Source: Felis catus (lineage: Eukaryota). From it: DNA of 64,000 nt. Within the stretch, counting starts at the first letter, position 1. Each line of letters begins with the position of its first letter. The DNA lies in contig NC_058368.1 of assembly GCF_018350175.1 (NCBI RefSeq), positions 95,854,001 to 95,918,000 on the forward strand. Direction: 5' to 3'. Below are positions 1 to 10,540 of this stretch, in pieces. The notes under the pieces were generated by a model. That model searched no databases and was not told the origin of the DNA. It saw nothing but the letters and a program-made list of their open reading frames with translations. The translations under genes and the position numbers were made by a program.

Positions 1-892
1 AGTTGCAACTGGCCTATTAATAAGTGTTCACTCATGTTGGGCCTGACCTCAACCCCATGACCGGACTTCTGGACAGAACCTTCACAATTGCCAATCAGAT
101 GCATGAATACACAAATTATATGGGGATATATTTGAAAAAGGTATGAGACAGGTTCCTTACATCAGCTATTGATTTGTCCTCTTTTGAACTTCAAAGAACT
201 TCTCTAGTGGGTAACTTTGTGACATGGAAGCCAATAAAAACAAAAAGAAGTGTTGTTTATAGTGACCTCATTATGCTCAGTGTTCAGATAATGATCTGGG
301 TCTTGCAGCGAAGGCTTTGATCTGGGGGGATTGTGCTAGAAATGTTTCTGAACCAGGTTTTCCTGTGGCGTGAAAATAATTTTGTGTTGCTGTGTGTGCA
401 GCAAACAAGCTTCATTTGGTTAAGGGGGCTCTTTATCCGGTTTTGTTTACTCTGGATCTAAGAGCTTTTGATTCTAATATATCAAGTAAAATCTGTGTTC
501 TCGACACTGTGGTTGACTCCTCGACACTGAGGCCAGCTTGGACTCTTCGTCTAAGTTAGCCATGAGGACTTAATTTCTGTTGCCAGCAATATGTGTCGTC
601 GGGGTCACATGACCAAATTCTTGCTACCGAGAAACCAGAGTTTTGACATAAAGAACCCATACTCCTAAGAAAAGTCCCAGGGTACCCTTGCCGCAAACGA
701 ACGTCGGCAGTATGAAAATGAGAGCGGGGACAATGGCAGCTTCCTTGCAAATTGGGTAAAGAAGTAGCTGACAGCCTGGAGACAGAAAGACCCTGGGCCC
801 TTGTCACCATCACCTAGCGGCTTAGAACCCACGGTACTCAAGTCCTTGAGTTTTGTTTTGTTGTGTTTTGTGTGCGTTTTTTATGTTTGCAG

Positions 893-925
893 GAGATAAA
901 ACACTTTCTTACTCATGAATTCCGC
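893..925 (+). CDS. Putative 33-nt internal coding exon, phase 0/0, peptide EIKHFLTHEFR; host gene not identified
   Basis: ~40-nt AG-free U/G-rich tract (851-890) ending tttgcag (AG 891-892); donor CGC|gtaagt at 926; length divisible by 3; only frame 0 is open (other frames contain TAA, TGA). Confidence 0.65.
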
Positions 926-1603
926 GTAAGTTGATTCTTCTATTACCTACACCCCAAAACGCCCCGGTAAAGATAGATCAGTAGCATGGACCCATGTTAC
1001 GAACTCTGTGTTGTGATTGGTAGGCGGGTGCTCGAATTTTAGATTTTAGAGGAGGACGAAGGATGGAAAGGGGTTTCTGCGAATAGCTCTGAAGGACACT
1101 TGTATGCATTTGTCTAGAACGGGTTTAGAAGAAATATTTGCAACCAGTTCCCTGGCCCATGTGGCTAAGGGAAGGATTGTGTCTCAACCTACATCCCCGG
1201 GCAATGTGCCACAATGACTTGTCCCACCCAAAATGCACCGGGACAGGTGCTTCGGGATTTAATGCACTGATAAAAGTGATGAAGGTGATATTGCAGCCCA
1301 CAGTTTATCAATTGATTTCTCTCTGGGGATTTGCTCTTCTAAACTGTGTCCCCCGCCCTCCGCTGGGTAATAGCTGTGATCCTGGGCTTTTATCTTGTTC
1401 TTTTGAGTACGCAGTGTCCTCTTTGTCTATATTTGTACACTAGTTGACAGCTGCATCTTCTGTATGAGCGCAGAAGGGTCACTGAATATTGGGACATTTG
1501 AGGTTGAATTGAAATCCCATTTTGGCAAGAAAACTTCCTACTGGAAAAAAAGAGCCAAAAATGAATGTCACATAGTACAAAACATGAGGGCCATGGTGCT
1601 TCC

Positions 1604-2339
1604 TGTCCTAGCCTGGGGTTTCCCCATGACAGAGCTAAAGACCAGGGCTTGCCTCCAGGTAGTTAATTTGTGAGGCAGCCCCAGGGAGCAGAAGTAAGAG
1701 GCTAAAGGGAGTAAAAAGTAATTTCAGAGAAGGGGAATGTGATTTTAGAAAGATGTACAATTGGGGCGCCAGAGCGTCTCAGTCGGTTAAGAGTCCGACT
1801 TCAGTTCAGGTGAGTTCGAGCCCCGCGTCGGGCTCTGTGCTGACAGCTCAGAGCCCGGAGCCTGCTTCCGATTCTGTGTCTCCCTCTCTCTCTGTCCCTC
1901 CTCTGCTCACACTCTGTCTCCCTCTCTCTCTCAAAAATAAATAAACATTAAAACGTTAAAAAAAGAGAAAGGTGTATAATCACTCCCACTGTGGGCAACT
2001 GGGGCTTGATCTTGTTGGGACCTTCTGACATGTAGAATGAGCCTCAGAACAGTAAGGAACATAAAGGAAGAACATTCATCCATTAGCTCTTGTGCCCCGT
2101 AGGTCAGGAGTCACCTGTGTGTAACTCCCTCTCTCTTCCCAGCTTTGCATACGTGACCACCATGAGAGTTCCCACAGGGGTGTCCTGTGGTGAACTGATA
2201 GAAGCCCTGAGAAGGAAGCAAGATGCGCAGGTGCTTAGTGGTAAGGGTACAACTTTGTGAGTGCAACTAGTATAGCAATAATTAGAATAAAGGATGGTTT
2301 GAGAGGACCTGTGAAAAGGAAGAAGATGTGTCCAGTGCA
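1604..2339. mobile_element. Old ERVL-class solo LTR (LTR33/LTR16-like), split by a SINE
   Basis: Begins tgtcctagcctggggtttcccc...ggtagttaatttgtgaggcagccccagg, resembling a recalled LTR33/16 terminus. Confidence 0.5.
1763..1965 (+). mobile_element. Can-SINE (SINEC_Fc type) with ~18-nt internal deletion
   Basis: GGGGCGCC head, gagttcgagcc B-box, CT tract, A tail; TSD agaaagatgtacaat 1747-1761 / agaaaggtgtataat 1966-1980. Confidence 0.95.
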
Positions 2340-2911
2340 CTTTCTTTCCACTGCCATGAACTGATGTTCTCTCCCTCCCCCCCGTGCCCAGGTAAGAGAT
2401 AAGTAGCTCAGAGACATTTCTGTTTTGTTACTTCGCGACTAATATTTCACAGGCAACCCTGATTCTGGAAAGCAAATAGCTCAAACGAAGACTAGGAGAA
2501 ATACTGAAGGAAAATCCAAAATGAATCTGAAGGCAGCAATAATAAATCATACATGCACATAAAATACTGGAGAAAATCTATAGGAAGTAAGAGGCACAGA
2601 AGACTATTTCTCAGAGTTATTTTGCTGAAGTAGTGAGAAGGATCTGAAACCAAGTAAGCAAGATATGTTACTGAGTGGTCTGGCTACTTCGAGAGAGTGG
2701 AGATGCATGGACTTATTATTACGTGCTGTCCTTAGGAGGGTACTTGACACTGAAGCCTTGGCGGGTGCTTGCCACTTTTCACGTGTAGCTTCAACGCACG
2801 GAAATGAGAATGGGCACACAAAAGCAGCCCACCTGTGGAGCACCCTGAAGGAAACAAACACGATTAATTTGATGCAGTGTCTACCAGAATTCTGGAATGC
2901 ATTAACGGTAT

Positions 2912-2913
<2 letters not shown>

Positions 2914-2950
<37 letters not shown>
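2914..2950 (+). repeat. (TG)n microsatellite
   Basis: Direct reading. Confidence 0.95.
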
Positions 2951-2953
<3 letters not shown>

Positions 2954-2994
2954 GACACTCATATATGTGTGTTTGCATATGTTTATATTTAAAT

Positions 2995-3590
2995 CAGGTC
3001 ATCAACGATGTATAAAGTGAGGCCAAACTGACTGGAGTTCACATTGTCTCAGAGACTTCAAACTGAAACTGATCACAGAGCCAGTGATCATATATATGAG
3101 CAGAGTATATTCCGTAAGACATTTTCCTTATAATAGATCCAGTACACGCTTGCCAAAAGGGAGAAATGCTCTGGCAAAGGACATTATAGCGGACATACAG
3201 TCTTTTAGAGGAACGATGGACCCTAACACGGTAAGGACTTTGACGAGTCTTGAAGGACAAAAACTGAGTACAATCTCTTAAATAGTGGTGACCCACATTT
3301 TCTAAGAGTAACACAATTTGGGAAATGCTGCAGGTAGACATAATGTTTCACGTTTCAGCAAGCTTTTTGACAAAGTCTCTCAAGGTCTTCTTGTAAACAT
3401 GATGATGATGTATGGATTGGGCTTTGGCAAAATTAGGTCAGCTTGTGGCCAGTGGAATTACTGTTCTCAGCGTATTGACTAATGGGTCATTGCCGGCACA
3501 CAAAAGAAGAGTTCTCTGGTGACATGCCACAGAGCTCTGTCCTTGGCACCTGCCATGCTTAACTAGTTTATAAATAACTCGGGTAATGAT
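2995..3590 (+). mobile_element. CR1/L3 LINE relic, ORF2 reverse-transcriptase fragment
   Basis: From 3354 translates FSKLFDKVSQGLLVNM..YGL (CR1 FSKAFDKV.H..L); ~3515-3550 SGDMPQSSVLG (SGVPQGSVLG), then FINN after a frameshift (FINDL). Confidence 0.7.
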
Positions 3591-3669
3591 CTGAAAAAAA
3601 GAAGAATGTTGAGAGAAGGAAGTAATATTCTACTGCATTGTAAACCCGTACAATGCTTTGAAAGAAAAA

Positions 3670-3870
3670 GCGTTTTTTTGAATCTGATAGACCCAAGTTC
3701 ATTTGCTAGCATTGCTATTTATTCCCTGTGTGGTCACTGTTAAATTGCTTAGCCTTGTAGAGTTTCTAACGAGTAAATAAATACGGAGTTAATTACGGTA
3801 AAGGTAGTAAATGACATGTAAAAAGTAAAATGCTTTACTCATTTGGCAGACTGTAGGCAATGCAGTATTA
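3670..3870 (+). mobile_element. MIR fragment
   Basis: atctgatagacccaagttca...ctgtgtggtcactgttaaattgcttagcctt...gacatgtaaa resembles the MIR core. Confidence 0.5.
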
Positions 3871-4401
3871 TTACCCAGAATTGCACTAACTTGATAGGTT
3901 ATAATGAAATCTCAGAGATACATTGTGAAGTTGATATGCGTAAAATTAATTTGAAAAATCAGTTATAGAAGTATATGTAAGAAATATCTGAACTTATCTG
4001 ATTTTTATTAGTTGGGCTATAGCTCTAGAGTTAAATTGATTGCAAACTCACTGTGAGGCAGAAATACACATGCAACTTCTCAGAGTTAATACAATCTGGA
4101 CAGCAGTTGTAAAAATGTATGTCCAGACCAAGGCAAACATGCACTTTAGGGTACTTTGCGTTGGTCACTACCATATCTGGATAATTCTCTGTTGACAAAG
4201 GGCAACATTGACCGTGTCCAGCACATGCATAAAAGGGTGACTCAGATGGAAAACGTCAAAAGATGTTTCATAAAGATAGTGACAAGGACTACGGAAAAGG
4301 CGTTCAGTAACCCTGTCTGACAAATTTAGTCGAAAAGGACAAGGCTTTTGTGGTTGTTTTGGTGACATTTTATTTTTATTCTTTTTTCCTCCTCCACTCT
4401 T

Positions 4402-4570
4402 AAAACAAATGTTTATTTTTGTGGGAGAAAGAGCACACATTGGGGAGGGGCAGGAAAAAGAGAGGGAGCTGTCAACACCGAGCCCGATGCAGGGCTTGAA
4501 CCCACAAACCGTGAGATCATGACCTGAGCCGAGGTCGGACGCTCAGCTGACTGAACCACCCAGGAGCCAC
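4402..4570 (-). mobile_element. Can-SINE, internally deleted
   Basis: gtgagatcatgacctgagccgaggtcggacgctc...ccacccagg antisense SINE head. Confidence 0.9.
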
Positions 4571-4952
4571 CACATTTCTTTTTATCTTTGTTGTATGTTT
4601 AACTTCTTCATGGCCACTCATCCCCCCTCTTGGACTTTGCTTCTTAGACTCTAGTTTTGTGCCGCAATAAATAAAATTACCTTGGATTTTAAATGACTGA
4701 CAAACTTCCGTGTATGAAGTGCTCTGTAGATAATTCATCTAAAGATTCAGTTCTCAAAACTTCTCTACAGACTTTGACCTAGACGCACAGTAGCGACCTG
4801 CCTACTATCAAAAGGCAAACGCTGTGGCCTAGGACTCGGGTTCACTGAAATGAGCACACAGAGACATAAACAATGGTTTATTCCTGTTGTAAATAAGCTG
4901 TGTCTGCTTTTTAATTATTTTTGTGCAAATACTATGTGGGTCCCTATAGATA

Positions 4953-4953
<1 letters not shown>

Positions 4954-4986
<33 letters not shown>
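4954..4986 (+). repeat. (TG)n microsatellite
   Basis: Direct reading. Confidence 0.95.
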
Positions 4987-4989
<3 letters not shown>

Positions 4990-5155
4990 AAGGAGAAAAT
5001 AAAAATCAAGCATAATCCATATTTCTGCTTCCCTTTGTTGTGAGATGGACCTTACAAATCAAGAGATAAATAAAAAGACTTCAGAATAATAATTCATTCC
5101 TAAATATTTTATTCTTTTTGATGCAATTGTAAATGGAATTGTTTTCTTTTTCTCT

Positions 5156-5363
5156 CTTTTTTTTTAATGTTTATTTATTTTTGAGACAGAGAGAGACAGA
5201 ACATGAATGGGGGAGGGTCAGAGAGAGAGGGAGACACAGAATCGGAAACAGGCTCCAGGCTCTGTCAGCAGAGAGCCCGACTTGGGGCTCGAACTCACGG
5301 ACTGTGAGATCATGACCTGAGCCGAAGTCGGACGCTTAACTGACTGAGCCACCCAGGCGCCCC
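5156..5363 (-). mobile_element. SINEC_Fc inserted in the tail of an older SINE
   Basis: Full antisense SINE; TSD ttctttttctct 5144-5155 / 5364-5375. Confidence 0.95.
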
Positions 5364-5375
5364 TTCTTTTTCTCT

Positions 5376-5634
<259 letters not shown>

Positions 5635-6139
5635 AGAATTGTTTCCTTAAGTTCTCTAGTTCATTTTAGTGTATGAAACACAACACATTTCTGCGTTTTG
5701 ATTTTTGTATCCTACAACTTGACTAAATTCACTTATTCTGGTACTTGACTCGGTGGAGTCTTCAGGGTTTTCTCTATATAGTATCATGGCATTTACTCTC
5801 ATTTCAAGTTAACAATGGTCCATTTTATATGTGCTGAGGATCTTATGCAGTCCTCTTCGAATGTTTTGTTGTTTTTGTTTCAGTTTGTTCAAATTCCTTA
5901 CATGTATAGTTTAACATCAGTAGATTTTCCTTGTGTTTGTGCACGTTTTACCTCTGTCCACGTGTTTCCTATTAGAATTCTCCTTGTCACTTGTTAAGAT
6001 GGACATCTTAATGGTCTATTCATTCCATGGTCTGTTCGTTTCCTTGGGCAAGTAGCTGTCCTTAGATAGCTATCTCTTTTACATAATTTACAAAGGAAAC
6101 CCATTCTTAGGTAATCTGAAATATTCCGTAGTTCTTAGT

Positions 6140-6570
6140 CACTTTATTAATGCATGAGTTGAACAAATATGTGTTGTATGCCTAGTCTGTTTTAGGCATA
6201 GTGTTAAGGGTTAAAGATAAAGCCATGGAAAGTAAAAAAGTATAAACTTCTAATGTATAAACATATATATATATATATGCATATATAAATATAAAATATA
6301 AAACAAAAAATGCATAAAATTCCCCACATTTATAGGAATAATGTTTCATTATGAGACAAAAGTGAATAATAAATTATATTATTGTGTCGTTAATTTCAGT
6401 TGGGAGGGATACTTTGAAGGCCACGTGTAAGATGTCAAGTGTGCTTTTTCTGGGGATGTGATGTGCTGGGAAATGATGAGGGAAGATTTGTAAAGTGAGT
6501 TTTGAGTAACAGGAGTTCTGTAGGAGGAGGAAGAGTACACAGGGAAGCCGTTAAGGCGGAAGGAACAAAG
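6140..6570 (-). mobile_element. L2 fragment
   Basis: aacaaatatgtgttgtatgcctagtctgttttaggcatagtgttaaggg resembles an antisense L2 3' end. Confidence 0.5.
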
Positions 6571-6701
6571 CAAACAGCCAGCATCCCTACATGAGTCTTC
6601 AAATTTCACCCTGTGGGGCCTCCCACCCTTGGCTTCTGAACTCTGCTTCTATCTCATGTTGTTCCCTGATGCCTTATAGGAGGTTTTAGTCCTAAAAGGG
6701 C

Positions 6702-7372
6702 TGTAGGGGAATTATTTTTCGGAATCTATACTTCTACTGCTCTACTCTTCTCTTCAGAGCTTTTTTTGTGATGGAGGGAACAAGTACAACTCAAGCAGGG
6801 AAGTGTCAGGAGTTCATATCCCGGGGAACACTTTCCAGCCAATGAGTCCCATTGTCATGGGATGAATAGCATCATTTCTTTGTCACTCAGCTGGGACATC
6901 TCTAAGGGGCATTTTAAATGCTGCCCCGGTATATTGCAGTGAGATTGAGCTCTTGCATTCTTTTTTTTTTTTCTTATTTATTTATTATTATTATTTTTTT
7001 AATTTTTTTTTTCAACGTTTTTTATTTATTTTTGGGACAGAGAGAGACAGAGCATGAACGGGGGAGGGGCAGAGTGAGAGGGAGACACAGAATCGGAAAC
7101 AGGCTCCAGGCTCCGAGCCGTCAGCCCGGAGCCTGACGCGGGGCTCGAACTCACGGACCGCGAGATCGTGACCTGGCTGAAGTCGGACGCTTAACCGACT
7201 GCGCCACCCAGGCGCCCCGAGCTCTTGCATTAATGATACAGCCCAACCGTTATTGACTCTCTTATTTGCTCATTGTATTTCCCTACTTTCTCTCTCGTGT
7301 TTCCTGATACTATCTACCAAATAGATTGTTTTTCTCACGTCTTTGTGTCCAGGAAACCCCAAACTTAGCTAG
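6702..7372 (+). mobile_element. ERVL solo LTR (LTR16-like), split by a young SINE
   Basis: tgtagggg start; agtgtcaggagtt...cagccaatgag...cagctgggaca...gggattgagctc-like core; ends ggaaaccccaaact. Confidence 0.6.
6960..7218 (-). mobile_element. Young SINEC_Fc
   Basis: CpGs intact, long T tail, perfect 13-bp TSD gagctcttgcatt 6947-6959 / 7219-7231. Confidence 0.97.
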
Positions 7373-7946
7373 TTGTTAGTGCAGATAATCGCTGGAAGCA
7401 GATCCTCGTACATTCAATGGTTTACCTCCTTGAGGAGCTACGGGTTTTTTTTTCTTTTTTTAATTGTGATGAAGTCTAAATTATTAACTGTGTTGTCTTT
7501 CAAGGTTAGTGTTTTTTGCATTTATTCAGGAAGTCTTTGTCTATTTACAACAGTGTTGCCAAGATACTCTCCCGCTTGTTTCCAGGAGCTTTATATTTTT
7601 AGGTTTTATGCTTAAGTATTTGGTTTATGGTGTGAGGCATGGGTTGCTATTGAAGTGATGGTCATAAAGCTTTTAGATTCCTTTGACTCTTAAGTGAAGT
7701 AGTACTTGACCATGTTTGTGTGAATCCATTTCTGGACTCTCTCTTGTGTTCTCTTGTTCCTTTTGCTTATATTTACATTAACAGCAGACTCATTAAAGCT
7801 TAAGTGTTACGGTAAGACTTAAAATCAGGTCATTTAATTCCTCCAAAATTGTACTTGTTTTCCAGGAGAGTTTTGACAATTTGGATACTTTATATTTCCA
7901 TATAAATGTTATTAGCTTGTTGATTTCTACTCCCTCTCCCACCCTG

Positions 7947-7995
7947 AAAACAAAACAAAACAAAACAAAACAAAACAAAACAAAACAAAACAAAA
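7947..7995 (+). repeat. (AAAAC)n pentanucleotide repeat
   Basis: Direct reading. Confidence 0.95.
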
Positions 7996-8177
7996 ACAAA
8001 CACCAAACCAGACAGCAGTTTGGTTGATAAAGCATTTATTTTATAAAAATAATTGAAATAGAATTTCCATATTTAAAATACTGCTTATCCCTACACATAA
8101 ATGTCGTATCTCTCTCTTTTTGCTTTTTTCTTTGAATTCTCACAGCAATGTTCAGTGGTTTTTAGTGTAGAGTTCTT

Positions 8178-8400
8178 TTTTTTAAATTTTTTATTACATT
8201 TATTTATTTTTTGAGAGACCTAGAAAGACAGAGCACAAGTTGGGGAGGGGCAGAGAGAGAGGGAGACACAGAATCTGAAGCAGGCTCCAGGCTCTGAGCT
8301 GTCAGCACAGAGCCTGACGCGGGGCTTAAACTCACAGACCGTGAGATCATGACCTGAGCCAAAGTCACAGGTTTAACCGACTGAGCCACCCAGGCACCCC
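8178..8400 (-). mobile_element. Can-SINE
   Basis: Perfect TSD tagtgtagagttctt 8163-8177 / 8401-8415. Confidence 0.96.
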
Positions 8401-8472
8401 TAGTGTAGAGTTCTTAACATGTTACTAAACTTGTTTCTAAGTGGTTTATATGTTTCTGTGATATTTATTTTT

Positions 8473-8710
8473 ATTTGTTAAACATTTTTTTCAGTGTCTA
8501 TTTTATTTGTGAGAGACAGAGAGAGAGAGGGGGAGGCAGAAAGTGGGTGAGGGGAGGAGAGCGAGGGAGACACAGAATCGGAAACAGGCTTCAGCCAGGC
8601 CCTGAGCTGTCAGCACAGAGCCTGTCGCGGGGCTAGAACTCATGTACCACGAGATCATGACCTGAGCCAAAGTCACACGTTTAACCGACTGAGCCACCCA
8701 GGTGCCTCTC
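8473..8710 (-). mobile_element. Can-SINE
   Basis: TSD ctgtgatatttattttt 8456-8472 / 8711-8727. Confidence 0.95.
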
Positions 8711-10490
8711 CTGTGATATTTATTTTTAATTTCATTTTCTCCCATTTTTGTTGCCATTGCATTCCAAGAGAATTTTGTATGCTGAATTCATATCCTGAGG
8801 CCTTTCTGAATTCATTTATTGGGTTTAGTGTTTTTGTAGATTCCTTCAGATCTTTATCACAAGCATGTTTTCAGCAAGTAGAGTTTTATGTCTCCTTTTT
8901 CAAACTTTATACATTTTATTTATTTTTTAAATTACTTCACTCAATAAAATCTCTAGCACAAAACTCAATAGAAAGTGAAAATAGACACGTTTATGTCATC
9001 CTGATTATAGCCTTATGGCAAAGGTATTCATGTTCACCATTAAACATGTTAGTTGTAGGTTTTTCACAGGTACTCATCACATTCAGGAAATTTCCTTCTA
9101 TTGGTAGATGCCTGAGTGATTTTATTACAAATGGGTGTTAGATTTTGTCAAATAACTTTTTCTATACCCACTGACATGATAGCATAGTTTATCTCCTTTA
9201 TTAATGTGATGAATTATACTTATTGATATTTAAATAGCAGATCAAGTTTGCATTTCTGGATACACTCTACTAGCCATGATTTATTATCTCATTTTATGTA
9301 TTGCTAAATTTGATTTTCTTAGACTTTGTAAGGAATTTTCTATATTGATGAGGGATATTGGTCTGTCAATTTTTTTCTCTTCAAATGTCCTGGTCCAGCT
9401 TTGGTTTTTGTGTTATTCTGACTTCATAAAATGAGTTTTGTAGTGTTCTGTTCCCCACCTCCACTTTCTGAAAAAGTTTGTGTAATACTGGCATTATTTG
9501 TTCACTAGTTGTTTAATAGTATTCCCAGGAGATACTATGCTCATCTATGTGCCCATAGTTATCTTTGTGAGGAAAATTTTCTATTACAAATTTAATTAGT
9601 TCCTACTTCTTTTGTGTTTTTTTAAATAAGTGTCAATACCTTTTTCATTTCAGTGACTGTAAGATCTGTAGTAATGACCAATTTTTCATTTCAGTTGTTG
9701 GTAGTTAATATTTTCTCTATATCGGGATCATTTTGCTAAGTTGACCAATTACATTAAACAATATAAAGAACCAAATTTTGGGTTTTGTTGATTTACTCAG
9801 TTATTTTATTTTTATTGATTTATTTTATTTTCTACTCATTATTTATCCTCTTCTACTTCCTGTGGATATTGCTTCTTTTTTTTTTTTTTCTTTCCTAACT
9901 TCTTTACATGGGAGATTAGATCATCGTCCACAGATTACAACCCACAGGCCAGATGTATGTTTTTCTATTGTTTATACAATGCCAGAGTTAAATAGTTGTT
10001 ATATAGACCATTTTCTGTAAGCCTAAAATACTTGTCTTTAAAGAAAAAGTTTGTCAATCCTTAGCTTACATTACTAATTTTAGATACTGATTTTCTAGCA
10101 CAAACCTTTAAAGATAACCATTACTATATTTACATCCTACAAATTTTATGTTGTGCTTTCATTTTTATTCACCTGAACATATTTTCTAAATGCTTTCATT
10201 CTTTCTTCTTTGACTATAGGTTTATGTAGATTTAAGTTTCCTAATTTAGAAATAAGTAAGGATTATTTTGTTGTTGTTCTTGATTTCTAGTTGTATGCTT
10301 AGGTATGCTTTATGATTTAAATTCTTTGAAGTATGTGGAGACATCTGTGACCTGCCATAGTGTCTCCCTTGATGTATGTTGCAAGTACACTTGAAAGTAA
10401 TGTATGCTCTGCAGCTAAGTATAGTGTTCTATAATTTTTATTAAGTTAAGTTGGTTGATAATATGATTCCACTTTTTTTACATGCTTGTA

Positions 10491-10540
10491 TGCTGAAATC
10501 AAGAGTCAGACACTCAACCAACTGAGTCACCCAGGTGCCC
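10491..10540 (-). mobile_element. Can-SINE 5' head fragment only
   Basis: gctgaaatcaagagtcagacactcaaccaactgagtcacccaggtgccc. Confidence 0.85.
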
